From an uncultured Verrucomicrobiae bacterium (GTDB lineage Bacteria; Verrucomicrobiota; Verrucomicrobiia; Chthoniobacterales; UBA10450), in assembly GCA_963726745.1 (NCBI GenBank), contig CAVSDR010000004.1:312687-376686 (forward strand): a DNA stretch of 64,000 nt. The letters are read 5' to 3'. Positions 51,259 to 61,663 of the stretch are shown here, piece by piece; the stretch's first letter is position 1; the number at the start of each line of letters is the position of its first letter. A program made the position numbers and the translations under genes. The notes beneath the pieces were generated by a model that was not told the DNA's origin, made no database searches, and saw only the letters and a list, made by a program, of their open reading frames with translations.

Positions 51259-51768
51259 TCAGGGAAGCGCGGGCGGCTGCATCTGCGCGAGCGAAAGCAG
51301 GCTCGCAAGCAAGGCCAGGATCCCCACCGCAGCCGCGGCGAAGAAAACCTTCCGCAGCGGGTCCTTCTCCTGCGTGCGCTTCGGAAAGGGCGAGGCGTTG
51401 GCAAAATCGGCCGGGCGCGAACTGGTCTCGGCCGGGCGCGATTCCGCGGTCGCGAGGACCGGCAAAGGCGCCGCTTCCCCTGGCACGTCGCTCTCGAAGC
51501 TGGCCTCGACTTTTCCGAAGCGAATCTGGTCGCCCACGCGCAGGGCCACGCTGGTGATCGTCTCGCCGTTAACGCTCGTGCCGTTGGTGGAATCGCGATC
51601 CTGCAGGTGAAAGGATTCGCCCACTTGGTTCAGCTGCGCGTGCCGACCCGAGACCGAGGGGTCGTCGATCTGGATCATGTTTTCGGCCGCGCGGCCGATC
51701 GTGACCAGCTCCCCGGTCAGTTCGTGCTCCATCGGGCCGTTCGCAGTTTGGATGACTAGCTTGCGCAT
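51259..51768 (-). CDS. FHA domain protein with C-terminal TM
   Basis: TIGR, SVSGRHA, DRDSTNGT. Confidence 0.88.
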   Translation of the reverse strand: MRKLVIQTANGPMEHELTGELVTIGRAAENMIQIDDPSVSGRHAQLNQVGESFHLQDRDSTNGTSVNGETITSVALRVGDQIRFGKVEASFESDVPGEAAPLPVLATAESRPAETSSRPADFANASPFPKRTQEKDPLRKVFFAAAAVGILALLASLLSLAQMQPPALP

Positions 51769-51871
51769 GCGCCGCCACTGGTAACAGCCGCGCGCGGCGC
51801 TGGCAATACCGGCGGCGCCCATCTTGCCGGCTAATTGACCGCCCTGCGCGTCGCCCGCATAGTGCGGGCCC

Positions 51872-53668
51872 ATGTCCATCGAGCTGACGCGCAATTTTTG
51901 CATCATCGCGCACATCGATCACGGCAAGACCACCTTGTCGGATCGTTTGCTCGAGCGCACGGGCACGATCCAGGACCGCGAGCGCCAGGATCAACTCCTC
52001 GATTCCATGGACCTGGAACGCGAGCGCGGGATCACGATCAAGTCGCACCCGGTGGCGATGCGTTACACCGCGAAGGATGGGCAGAAGTATCGGCTGAATC
52101 TCTCGGACACGCCCGGCCACGTCGATTTCGCCTACGAAGTTTCGCGCTCGCTCGCGGCCTGCGAAGGCGCGCTCTTGATCGTGGATGCCGCGCAAGGCGT
52201 GGAAGCGCAGACCGTGGCCAACGTTCACCTCGCCCACAAGCAAGGCCTCACGATCGTGCCGGTGATCAACAAGATCGACCTCCCGAACGCGGACATCCCC
52301 GCGGTCCACCGGCAGATCGAGGAGATCCTGCAGATTCCGGCCGAGGAAGCGATCGAGTGCAGCGCCAAGATGGGCATCGGGATCGAGGAGATTCTCGAGG
52401 CCGTGGTCCATCGCATCCCGCCGCCTAAAAAACCGGCCGACGAAGTCCTGCGCGCGCTCGTCTTCGATTCCGTCTTCGATGTTTACCGCGGCGTCATCGC
52501 CTACGTGCGCGTCATGTCCGGCAGCATCCAGGCCGACCAACAGGTGCGGATGATGAACAACGACTCGCGCCACGAGATCAAGGAAGTGGGCGTCTTCACG
52601 CCGAAGATGTTCGTCCAGCCAAAGCTGAACGCGGGCGACGTCGGCTATTTCATCGCCAACATCAAGACCACCGCCGACATCAAAATAGGCGACACCATCA
52701 CCGACCTGCGCAATCCCGCGAAGGAGCCGCTCCCCGGCTTCCAGGAGATTCACCCGATGGTCTTCAGCGGGATCTACCCGATCAACACCGCCGATTTCGA
52801 GCACTTGAAAAGCGCGATCGCGAAGCTGCGCTTGAACGATTCCGCTTTCGGCTATCAACCGGAAAGCTCGGTCGCGCTCGGCTTCGGTTTTCGCTGCGGC
52901 TTCCTCGGCCTGCTCCACATGGAGATCATCGTCGAGCGGCTCCGGCGCGAGTACGACATGGACATCATCGCTACCTCGCCCAGCGTGGTCTACGAAGTTC
53001 TAAACACCCGCGGCGAAGTCATGCTGGTCGATAACCCCGCGCATCTCCCCGACCCGAGCATCATCGAGGAAATCCGCGAGCCGATCGTGCGCGCCTACGT
53101 CCTTTGCCCTAACGAGAGCATCGGCGACATCCTCCAGCTCATCATGGAGAAGCGCGGGACGATGGATCACACCGAGACGCTCGATACCCGCCGCGTCATG
53201 CTTCATTGCGAGCTCCCGCTGAACGAAATCCTGGTCGATTTTAACGACAAGATTAAGTCCATCACCCGCGGCTACGGCTCGATGGATTACGAGCATGCCG
53301 GCTATCGCGCCGACAAACTGGTCAAGCTCGACCTGCTAGTGAACGGCGAACCGGTCGATGCCTTCAGCATGATCGTGCATCGCGACCGCGCCGAGGCCCG
53401 CGGCCGGCAGATGGCCGCGAAGCTCAAGGAAGTGATCCCGAACCAGCTTTACCAGGTCGCCATCCAGGCGGCGATTGGCGGCAAGATCATCGCCCGCGAA
53501 AGCGTCAGCGCCTTGCGCAAGGACGTCACCGCGAAATGCTACGGCGGCGACATCAGCCGGAAGCGCAAACTCCTCGAGAAACAAAAAGAGGGAAAGAAGC
53601 GCATGAAGAGCATCGGCCGGATCAACATCCCGCAGGAAGCCTTCATCCAGGTGCTGAAGACGCAGTAG
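51872..53668 (+). CDS. lepA: Elongation factor 4
   Basis: AHIDHGKTT, DTPGHVDF, GFRCGFLGLLH, KCYGGDISRKRKLL. Confidence 0.98.
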   Translation: MSIELTRNFCIIAHIDHGKTTLSDRLLERTGTIQDRERQDQLLDSMDLERERGITIKSHPVAMRYTAKDGQKYRLNLSDTPGHVDFAYEVSRSLAACEGALLIVDAAQGVEAQTVANVHLAHKQGLTIVPVINKIDLPNADIPAVHRQIEEILQIPAEEAIECSAKMGIGIEEILEAVVHRIPPPKKPADEVLRALVFDSVFDVYRGVIAYVRVMSGSIQADQQVRMMNNDSRHEIKEVGVFTPKMFVQPKLNAGDVGYFIANIKTTADIKIGDTITDLRNPAKEPLPGFQEIHPMVFSGIYPINTADFEHLKSAIAKLRLNDSAFGYQPESSVALGFGFRCGFLGLLHMEIIVERLRREYDMDIIATSPSVVYEVLNTRGEVMLVDNPAHLPDPSIIEEIREPIVRAYVLCPNESIGDILQLIMEKRGTMDHTETLDTRRVMLHCELPLNEILVDFNDKIKSITRGYGSMDYEHAGYRADKLVKLDLLVNGEPVDAFSMIVHRDRAEARGRQMAAKLKEVIPNQLYQVAIQAAIGGKIIARESVSALRKDVTAKCYGGDISRKRKLLEKQKEGKKRMKSIGRINIPQEAFIQVLKTQ

Positions 53669-53778
53669 CTCCCTTGCCAATCGCGAGCGTGCGCCGCGCG
53701 TCGTTCGACTATGCGGCTGGCTCGCTGCCAGTTTCGCTCTTAGCGGCGATCAACCAAACGCCTCTTAGTATCCTGCCA

Positions 53779-54246
53779 ATGACCTCCCTGCTTCTCCTCG
53801 CCCTCGCCCTTGGTTTTGCCACTGGCCTGCGGTCGTTCGTGGCTCCAGCTGCACTGGCTTGGGGGGTGCATTTCGGATGGCTCTCGCTCGACGGCACCTG
53901 GCTGCAGTTTCTTCATTCACCCGTCGCCCTCGCGTTGCTCACGCTCTGCGCGGTCGGCGAACTCATCGGCGACAAGTTGCCGATTATTCCCGCCCGGATC
54001 ACCGCCGGTCCATTGGGCTTTCGCATTGTCGCGGGCGCGGTCGCGGGCGCTGGTCTCGCCCTGGCCCACGGTGGAGCGGTGTGGCTGCCTATTTTCGCCG
54101 GCATCGCGGGCGCCCTGGCGGGCGCTTTCGGTGGCTATTTCGCCCGCCGTTACCTGACCAGACACGCGAAATTGCCCGATCTCCCAGTCGCGCTCCTCGA
54201 GGACGCGCTCGCGCTGGGCCTGGCCTTCTTCGCCGTCACTCGTTAG
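53779..54246 (+). CDS. Membrane protein, DUF4126-like
   Basis: GLRS, GELIGDKLP, VALLED. Confidence 0.7.
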   Translation: MTSLLLLALALGFATGLRSFVAPAALAWGVHFGWLSLDGTWLQFLHSPVALALLTLCAVGELIGDKLPIIPARITAGPLGFRIVAGAVAGAGLALAHGGAVWLPIFAGIAGALAGAFGGYFARRYLTRHAKLPDLPVALLEDALALGLAFFAVTR

Positions 54247-54300
54247 GCGGCGAAGCGATCTTCTCCGTGCGTCCGGGGCGCGCACCTGCTACTTTTCGCG

Positions 54301-56051
54301 ATGCGAAAATTGCTTTTGGGATTCTTGCTCGCAGTCACAGCGTCGGCTTTCGCCGAACTCCCGCCGGTCGCCGAGCGCGTGAAAGCGCAGGATGCCTTGT
54401 TCGAGGAATTCTACGAAACCGGCCTGAAGAATTCTCCGGAACGCGCGACCGCTTACGGCGATTACCGGTATAATTCTCTCCTCGGCCAATACTCCCTCGC
54501 GGAAATCGCCCGCCAGCACGCGCAGGCGGAAGACTTCCTCAAGCGCCTCAAAGCCATCCCGACCGACGGCATGGACGACAAGAACCTCCTGAGCCATCGC
54601 CTGCTCGAGCGCCAGCTCGAACGCGAGGACGTCAACTATGCGCTCAAGAACTACGAGATGCCGGTGAACCAGCAGAACGGCGTGCACACGCGCCTGGCCG
54701 ATCTCCCGCTCAGTGTGCCGCTCGATTCCGTGGAGCACTATCAGGATTACATCGCTCGCTTGGGACAAATCCCGCGCGTCCTCGACCAGGTTACCGAAGT
54801 GATGCGGCAGGGAATGAAGGACGGCCTGATGCCGCCGAAGCTATTGCTCGAGAAGCTGCCCGCCCAGGCCGAAGGCATCATCGCGGCGAATCCTTTCCTT
54901 CTCCCGCTCAAGAAATTTCCCGAGAGCTTCTCCGCCGAGGAGAAGAAGAAATTAACCAGACGAGATGACCAAGGCCGCGAACGGACGAAGTTTTACCGGC
55001 CTACAGGAAGTTCGCTGAGTTCCTCCGCACCGACTACGCCCCGAAAGGCCGCGACGAACTCTCCATTGAGAGCCTGCCCGACGGCCCACGCCGTTATGCC
55101 GAGGCGGTCAAGATGATGACCACGATGGAAGTCACCCCCGCGGAGGTGCACGAGATTGGGTTGAAAGAAGTCGCCCGCATCACCGAGGAGATGACGAGCC
55201 TGGCGAAGGCGAATGGTTACAAGGACCTCGCCGCTTTCCGCGAAGCGATCAATCACGACCCGAAGTGGAAGCCCAAGAGCGAGCAGGAAATCGTGGAGGA
55301 CTTTGCCAAATACATCCACCAGATGGAGCCGCGGCTCCCCGAGCTCTTCGGCCTGCTCCCGAAATCTCCGGTGACCGTCGAGGCCATCCCCGATTTCGCC
55401 AAGGCCGAGGCCACGCACTACGTCGGCGGCACGCCTGATGGGAAGCGTCCCGGCCGCGTGGTTGTGGCCGTGGCCGATCCCGAAAAGCGCACCCTCGTGC
55501 TCGATGAAGCCGTCGCCTACCACGAGGGCGTTCCCGGCCATCACATGCAGATCAGCATCGCGCAGACACTCGAAGGCTTGCCGAAGTTCCGCCTCCACGG
55601 CGGTTACTCCGCCTACGCCGAAGGCTGGGCGCTTTACTCCGAGGAACTCGGCAAGGAGATCGGCTTCTACCAGGACCCGGTCTCTGATTACGGCCGGCTC
55701 AATTCCGAGCTCTTCCGCGCCGTCCGCCTGGTGGTCGACACCGGCATTCACGACAAGAAGTGGAGCCGCGAGAAGGTAATCGATTACATGCACCAAAACG
55801 ACGTCAACGACGCCGTCGCCCAGACCGAGACCGACCGCTACATCGCCTGGCCCGGCCAGGCTTTAGCCTACAAGATGGGGCAGCTAACGATTCGTAAGCT
55901 GCGCGAAGAAGCGAAAGCGAAATTAGGCGACAAGTTCGACCTCAAAGGCTTCCACGACGAACTCCTCAACGGCGGCGCCATGCCGCTCGACCTCCTCCAG
56001 GAACGCATCCACCGCTGGATCGAAACGCAAGCCGCCCAGAATGCCGCTTAA
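54301..56051 (+). CDS. DUF885 family protein (paralogue 4); two single-base insertions near 54958 and 54984
   Basis: HEGVPGHHMQ, EGWALYSE, VVDTGIH, PGQALAYKMG. Confidence 0.85.
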
Positions 56052-56150
56052 CCTACACCAAGCCAAATAGACTTAGGTAAGGCGACCGCGCCCGACGGAG
56101 GTTAGGTTCCAGCTCAAATCCTGTTGATCCTGTCTTTGATTCCCCATCCC

Positions 56151-56825
56151 ATGATCCAAGCCGTCCTCTTTGATGTCGATGGAACCCTGGTCGATTCCAA
56201 TGACCTCCACGTCGAGACTTGGGACCTGGCCTTCCGTCGTTTCGGGAAAGAATTCCCACGCGCCGACCTCCACCGCCAGATTGGTAAAGGCGGCGACCAA
56301 TACCTTCCCGCCTTCCTGACCGAGGCCGAGATCCGCGAGTTCGGCGATGAGCTCGAGAGCTTCCGCTCCGATCTCTTCCAGAAAGATTACCTCCCGCGCG
56401 TCCAGGGTTTCCCAAAGGTGCGCGAGCTCCTCGAGCGCCTGAAGGCCGACGGCAAAAAGATCGTCCTCGCCTCCTCCGGTAAAACCAAAGAACTCGACGT
56501 CTATCAGGAGAAGCTCGGCATCACCGACCTGGTCGACGCCGTCACCACCTCCGACGACGCCGACAAATCCAAGCCGCACCCCGACATCTTTGTCGCCGCC
56601 TTGGAAAGCCTCCACGGCATCCCCGCCAGCGCCGCGATCGTCATCGGCGATACCCCCTACGATGCCGAAGCCGCCGGAAAAGCCGGCCTGCGCACAGTCG
56701 GAGTCTTATGCGGCGGCTTCCCCGAAAAAGACCTCCGCGAGGCCGGCGCCAGCCCCATTTACCGCGACCCAGCCGACCTCTTGGCGCACTACAACGCGTC
56801 GCCCCTCGCCCCGTCCCGGAGCTGA
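56151..56825 (+). CDS. HAD family hydrolase
   Basis: FDVDGTLVDS, SKPHPD, IGDTPYD. Confidence 0.9.
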   Translation: MIQAVLFDVDGTLVDSNDLHVETWDLAFRRFGKEFPRADLHRQIGKGGDQYLPAFLTEAEIREFGDELESFRSDLFQKDYLPRVQGFPKVRELLERLKADGKKIVLASSGKTKELDVYQEKLGITDLVDAVTTSDDADKSKPHPDIFVAALESLHGIPASAAIVIGDTPYDAEAAGKAGLRTVGVLCGGFPEKDLREAGASPIYRDPADLLAHYNASPLAPSRS

Positions 56826-56877
56826 GAGAAACTCGGTGCCGCCGAGCCCATCTGCGCCTGGCAGGCGTAACTTCCTT

Positions 56878-57318
56878 GTGAGTCTTGCCCCCATCCGCGC
56901 CGGCGCGCTCTTCCTTCTCCTCGCGATGTCCCTCTCCTCTGCCGCCAGCGCCAGCCCGCTCGACTCTTACCGCGATAAGAACCGGCTGATTGTTTTCTCC
57001 GTGCCCACCGCCGCGGCACGCACGGAGCTGGCAAACACCCTCGCCGCGCACCGTGCTCAATTGAAAGATCGCGACCTCCTCGTGCTCGACCTTTCCCCCG
57101 GCGAGAAGGCAATCCCTGGCACCATCCGCCTGCAGCCCGAGGCCGCCGCCGCCCTCCGCCGCCAGCTCTCGTTAGGGAAAACGACCGAGCGCGCCGTCTA
57201 CATCCTCATCGGCAAAGACGGCGGCGTGAAAGCCCGCACCACCGGCCTGCTCGATCTCCCCCGCTGGTTCGCCCTCATCGACCAAATGCCCATGCGCCAG
57301 CGCGAGATGCGTCGTTAG
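56878..57318 (+). CDS. DUF4174-like exported protein
   Basis: KNRLIV, LIGKDGGVK, IDQMPMRQREM. Confidence 0.75.
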   Translation: MSLAPIRAGALFLLLAMSLSSAASASPLDSYRDKNRLIVFSVPTAAARTELANTLAAHRAQLKDRDLLVLDLSPGEKAIPGTIRLQPEAAAALRRQLSLGKTTERAVYILIGKDGGVKARTTGLLDLPRWFALIDQMPMRQREMRR

Positions 57319-57370
57319 TCGCCTTAGCGCCGATCGATGACCGCCAAAGGCTTTCCCAGCAAGAGGAACT

Positions 57371-57461
57371 AATTTGGAAACCAGGAAGCCAGAAAAAGCA
57401 GAGGAATCAGGAGCGGAGGAAAGCTCCAGACTCGGCTTTCTGGTTTCCCGGCTTCCGAATT
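57371..57461. repeat. Imperfect palindromic element with 9-bp internal periodicity
   Basis: AATTTGGAAACCAGGAAGCCAGAAA versus reverse complement of 57437-57461, 21/25 identical, all mismatches transitions. Confidence 0.6.
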
Positions 57462-57478
57462 CTTCGAATCCCCGGCCC

Positions 57479-58204
57479 CTAAGTCGCCGCTGAGCGCCCG
57501 AGGTGCGACGCGATCAGCTCGATCTCCGACCGGCACAGGCAAGGCTGTTGCCGCGCGATGTAAGCCGTCAGCGTCGTCGGGGTAAAGACGCGCGCCTCCG
57601 TCGTCCGCCAGTCATCCCGCACCCGCCAGTCGCCCACAAAGGCCACCAGCGGCTTGACCCATACCTCTCGCTGGCAATTCTCCCGGATCATCCGGTTCAC
57701 CTCCCGGGCGTTCCCGCGCGCCTGCGCCAGGGAATCATTCTCCTCCGGGCGCCCACCCACGAAGAGCCCTTGTCCGTTGCGAAAACTGATCTCGCCCGAC
57801 CCGCTGCGGAATTTCGTCTCGATCGCATAGACCCCCGATGGTCCCACGACCACGTGATCGATGTTGAACCGGCCTTCCCGCACGAGATCGTGGATCACCT
57901 GGTAACCCGCGGCGCGCAGCCCATCCAACGCCTCCGCCACCATGAGCTCTCCGCGCTCCCCGCGATTCAGCCGGCGGAATTTTGCCCGCAACCTCAAGAA
58001 AGCGACGGCGGTCGCTCCGGTCGCAGCCACCGCCAGGCAGAGCCAAAAGCGCGGCTGCGGTGGAGTGTTCGAAGCGGCTTGGATGGCCTCCACGAGCCAG
58101 ATTATCCAAAAGCCTCCCGCAGCGAAGTAATACGGGATAAATTGGTTATCGAGTAACCACTCCTTTTGGTCCCGGAGCGATTGCCCTGGCAGTCGACGTG
58201 TCAT
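57479..58204 (-). CDS. NERD domain (nuclease-related) protein with N-terminal TMs
   Basis: GERGE, NIDHVVVGPSGVYAIETK. Confidence 0.85.
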   Translation of the reverse strand: MTRRLPGQSLRDQKEWLLDNQFIPYYFAAGGFWIIWLVEAIQAASNTPPQPRFWLCLAVAATGATAVAFLRLRAKFRRLNRGERGELMVAEALDGLRAAGYQVIHDLVREGRFNIDHVVVGPSGVYAIETKFRSGSGEISFRNGQGLFVGGRPEENDSLAQARGNAREVNRMIRENCQREVWVKPLVAFVGDWRVRDDWRTTEARVFTPTTLTAYIARQQPCLCRSEIELIASHLGRSAAT

Positions 58205-58285
58205 GGCCAAGGAGCAGTGCGATTCCCGTGCCATCGTTAGCTAGAGATGTGGCGCACGCCCTTGCACTAGCGGCCGAGATGCCGC

Positions 58286-58621
58286 CTAGCTCGCGCGCGT
58301 GCCCTGGCAGCGAGGATAATCCGTGCAGCCCCAGAACTTTCCTCCGCGATTGATCCCTTTGCGGGCCGTTCGCTCCACCATCGGTCCGTCGCACGCCGGA
58401 CACAGCAGCGCTGCTGTTGCGACTTGGGAAGGGAAACTCCGCTTCTCGCTCCCAGAGTCCACCCTCGCCTTCCCCAGCGATCCGATCTTCCGGTTCACTG
58501 CCCGGTCGAAGCGCTTAAAAGCCACGCCTGCCAATGAAGCCAGGACAGCACAGGCAACGCCAATCGGCACGACGGTTGACCAAAGAGAATGAACTAGAGG
58601 ATCAAGCGCAGGAATACCCAT
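58286..58621 (-). CDS. TM plus topoisomerase-type C4 zinc finger protein
   Basis: [29 protein letters not shown]. Confidence 0.75.
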   Translation of the reverse strand: MGIPALDPLVHSLWSTVVPIGVACAVLASLAGVAFKRFDRAVNRKIGSLGKARVDSGSEKRSFPSQVATAALLCPACDGPMVERTARKGINRGGKFWGCTDYPRCQGTRAS

Positions 58622-58734
58622 GCCCCGTGCTGCTGCGATTTCCGTGCCACCACCTGCGTCACCGCATGAGGGTGAGCTTCGCGGTGCTCCCCCGCTTGCC
58701 TTTCGCTCGGCCGCCCGCTAAAACGAGCGCGCCC

Positions 58735-59745
58735 ATGGCTCGCACCCCTGCGAAGAACAAAGACTCCACCGCCAATCTCGGCTTCGAAGCCAAGCTCTGG
58801 CTCGCGGCCGACAAGCTGCGCTGCAACATGGACGCGGCGGAGTACAAGCACGTCGTCCTCGGCCTCATCTTCCTCAAATACATCTCCGATGCCTTCGAGG
58901 AACACCACCCGACCCTGCTCGCCGGCAAAGGCGACTACGCCGGCGCCGATCCGGAAGACCCGGACGAATACAAAGCCGCTCAACGTCTTCTGGGTTCCGC
59001 CCGGCGCGCGCTGGACCTATCTCCAGAACAGCGCCAAGCAGCCCGAGATCGGCAAGATCGTCGATGACGCCATGGTCGCGATCGAGCGCGACAACCCGCG
59101 CCTGAAAGGCGTCCTGCCGAAAGAATACGCCCGCCCCGCGCTCGACAAGCACCGGTTAGGCGAACTCATCGACCTCATCGGCACCATCGGCATGGGCGAC
59201 AAAGCCAGCCGCTCGAAAGACATCCTCGGCCGCGTCTACGAATACTTCCTCGGCCAATTCGCCAGCGCCGAAGGCAAGAAAGGCGGCCAGTTCTACACCC
59301 CGCAGAGCGTCGTCCGCCTCCTCGTCGAGATGCTCGCGCCCTACAAAGGCCGCATCTACGATCCCTGCTGCGGCTCCGGCGGCATGTTCGTGCAATCGGA
59401 GAAATTCGTCGAAGCCCACGGCGGCAAGCTCGGCGACATCAGCATCTACGGCCAGGAGAGCAACCCCACCACCCGCCGCCTCGCCGTCATGAACCTCGCC
59501 CTGCGCGGCATCGAGGCCGACTTCGGCCCCGAGCACGCCGACACCTTCCGGCGCGACCTCCATCCCGACCTCCGCGCCGACTACGTCCTCGCCAACCCGC
59601 CCTTCAACGACTCCGACTGGTTCCGCAAAGACGACGACGTGCGCTGGCAGTATGGCGTCCCGCCCCGGGGCAACGCCAACTTCGCCTGGGTGCAGCACTT
59701 CATCCACCACCTCGCGCCCCACGGCATGGCCGGCTTCGTCCTCGT
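58735..59745 (+). pseudogene. hsdM: Type I R-M methyltransferase subunit, frameshift near 58980 and truncated after AGFVL
   Basis: [30 protein letters not shown]; abrupt switch to unrelated lower-GC sequence at about 59745. Confidence 0.85.
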
Positions 59746-59939
59746 CCGTTTTTGGTTTTGGGTAAAATTGAAAGCCGCGCGGGTGTTCAAGAGTTCAGAT
59801 AAGGCAACGCCGGATAGCTTTCGAGAACGCCGACGCGCGACGCTGTCATCGTGGCGCGCACCGTTCGGCCAAACATCATCGCCGCCCACCAACCACGCCC
59901 CTCGACCCCGCACAGGCCACGGCGTAACCTGACGGATTC

Positions 59940-60576
59940 ATGGCGCGCGACCCGAAACAAGTCCTCATCTACCACATTACGCACATCGATAATCTGCCGA
60001 GCATCTTGAAAGACGAGGGACTCCACTCCGATGCGGTGATGGCGGCGCGTGATCCAACTCTCATTGGCTATTCGGAGATCAAGAAGCGGCGACTGAATGA
60101 AATCAACGTTTCATGCTGCCTCTTCCACAATGTGGGCGACTTCGTTCCCTTCTACTTTTGTCCCCGCTCGCCGATGCTCTTCACGATCAACAAAGGCAAT
60201 ACGGGGCGACCGCCCGGCTGCCAAAGGACCATCGTGCATCTCGTGAGCACAATGGCCGCGGGGATCGCGACAGGAAAAGCATGGGGCGGTGAGCAGCGGT
60301 AACGCCGGCGCATTCCACACCACCTTTTCCGCCGCGTCTCGATGCGCTCGAGGCGCCTGTGATTGGTCAGCCATCCGCGCGACGCAATGGCAGGGCAAGC
60401 AGCACCAAAAGATGGCGGAGTTTCTCCTTGCTGGATTTCTTCCCGTGGACGGCCATAACACGAAATCGGCTGTCAAAAATCGACGACGCTTGCCAGGAGA
60501 GTGCGGGAACTGCTCCCATCGCCGGAGCCTCCCACCAACCCGCACTCGCGCTCAAACGCCCGAATGGTATTATTGA
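59940..60576 (+). CDS. darT: DarT-like DNA ADP-ribosyltransferase (DUF4433), frameshifted
   Basis: [38 protein letters not shown] across two or more frames. Confidence 0.8.
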
Positions 60577-60580
60577 AGAT

Positions 60581-61660
60581 ATGATCGAGATCGCCCAAGG
60601 CAACCTGCTCAAAGCTCCCGTCGAGGCGTTGGTTAATACCGTGAACACGGTGGGTGTCATGGGGAAGGAATCGCGCTGCAATTTCGGCAGGCGTTTCCCG
60701 ATGTTTCTCGCGCCTACGAGAAGGCGTGCCAGGACGGCGACGTGGAGCTTGGCCGCGTGCCAGGTGTCCGATCTCGGCGGGCTCGTTGGGCGGCCCGCGC
60801 TGGATCATTAATTTTCCAACGAAAGGACATTGGCGGGCGCGCAGCCGCATCGAGGATGTGGAGGACGGGGGTCAATTCGACTCTGGCAGAGCAATGATTC
60901 GCAGGCTCAAAATTCGATCCATCGCTCTTCCTCCTCTTCGGTTTGCGGCAATGGTGGGCTTGGATTGGAACGACGTTCGTCCGCGCACGAACGAAAGCGC
61001 CCATGGCGACGTTGCCCGATGTGCGCGTGCTGCTCTTCCCGCTCCTGTGGGCGCGCCGGCATTCGCGGGCAATGCCGAATCGAACCAAACGCTCGCGCAT
61101 GACGCTCGGACAAGCCGTCGCTCGTGGGACTGATGGATCGGTATCTGAAAGGTCTGCTCGATCCGTTCGTGAGCCTGCTCGAAATTCACAAGCTCCATGT
61201 ATTTCCTCAAAGCGGTAGGCGAGGAACTTTGCCGCGGCTGACTTTCAAAAGAAAGTATCTTTATGGCCCGTATTCACCCGACATTCCGCCACGCTCTGAC
61301 TCGAATGGGAAAACCATCTTACGCGCGGCTTCGGCGAAGGCAGCGACTCGATCCAACGACGCCGATTTGAACTTCTGCCCGGTGCGGTGGAAAGCGCCGA
61401 AGGCGTTCCTCGCCAAGAATGATGCCGGAAACGAAAGAGCGCATGGCGAAGGTGGCCTGGGATTAATCGAGGGATACGAAGACCCGTATGGCATGGAGCT
61501 TTTGAGTTCCGTGCATTGGGTGATGGCGCACGACTCTCGCAGCTCGGACCGACGCCGTAGCGGCAATCGCGGCGGTTCACCGTTGGAGCCCGCGCAAGCG
61601 AAAGCTGCTGAAACCGGAACATCTTCGAAAAGCCTGGGGCCGCCTGAAAGGATCAGAATT
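60581..61660 (+). CDS. darG: DarG-like macrodomain antitoxin, multiple frameshifts (end approximate)
   Basis: [57 protein letters not shown]. Confidence 0.8.
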
Positions 61661-61663
61661 GGG

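Noticed and set aside
19779..56051. Frameshifts in the aminotransferase, purL, purM, M16, CHAT fusion and DUF885 genes as programmed frameshifting or pseudogenes
   Set aside because: They are isolated single-base indels in otherwise intact genes with no shared slippery motif, and indel density rises sharply toward the right end. Long-read consensus error is the simplest explanation, pending read-level checks.
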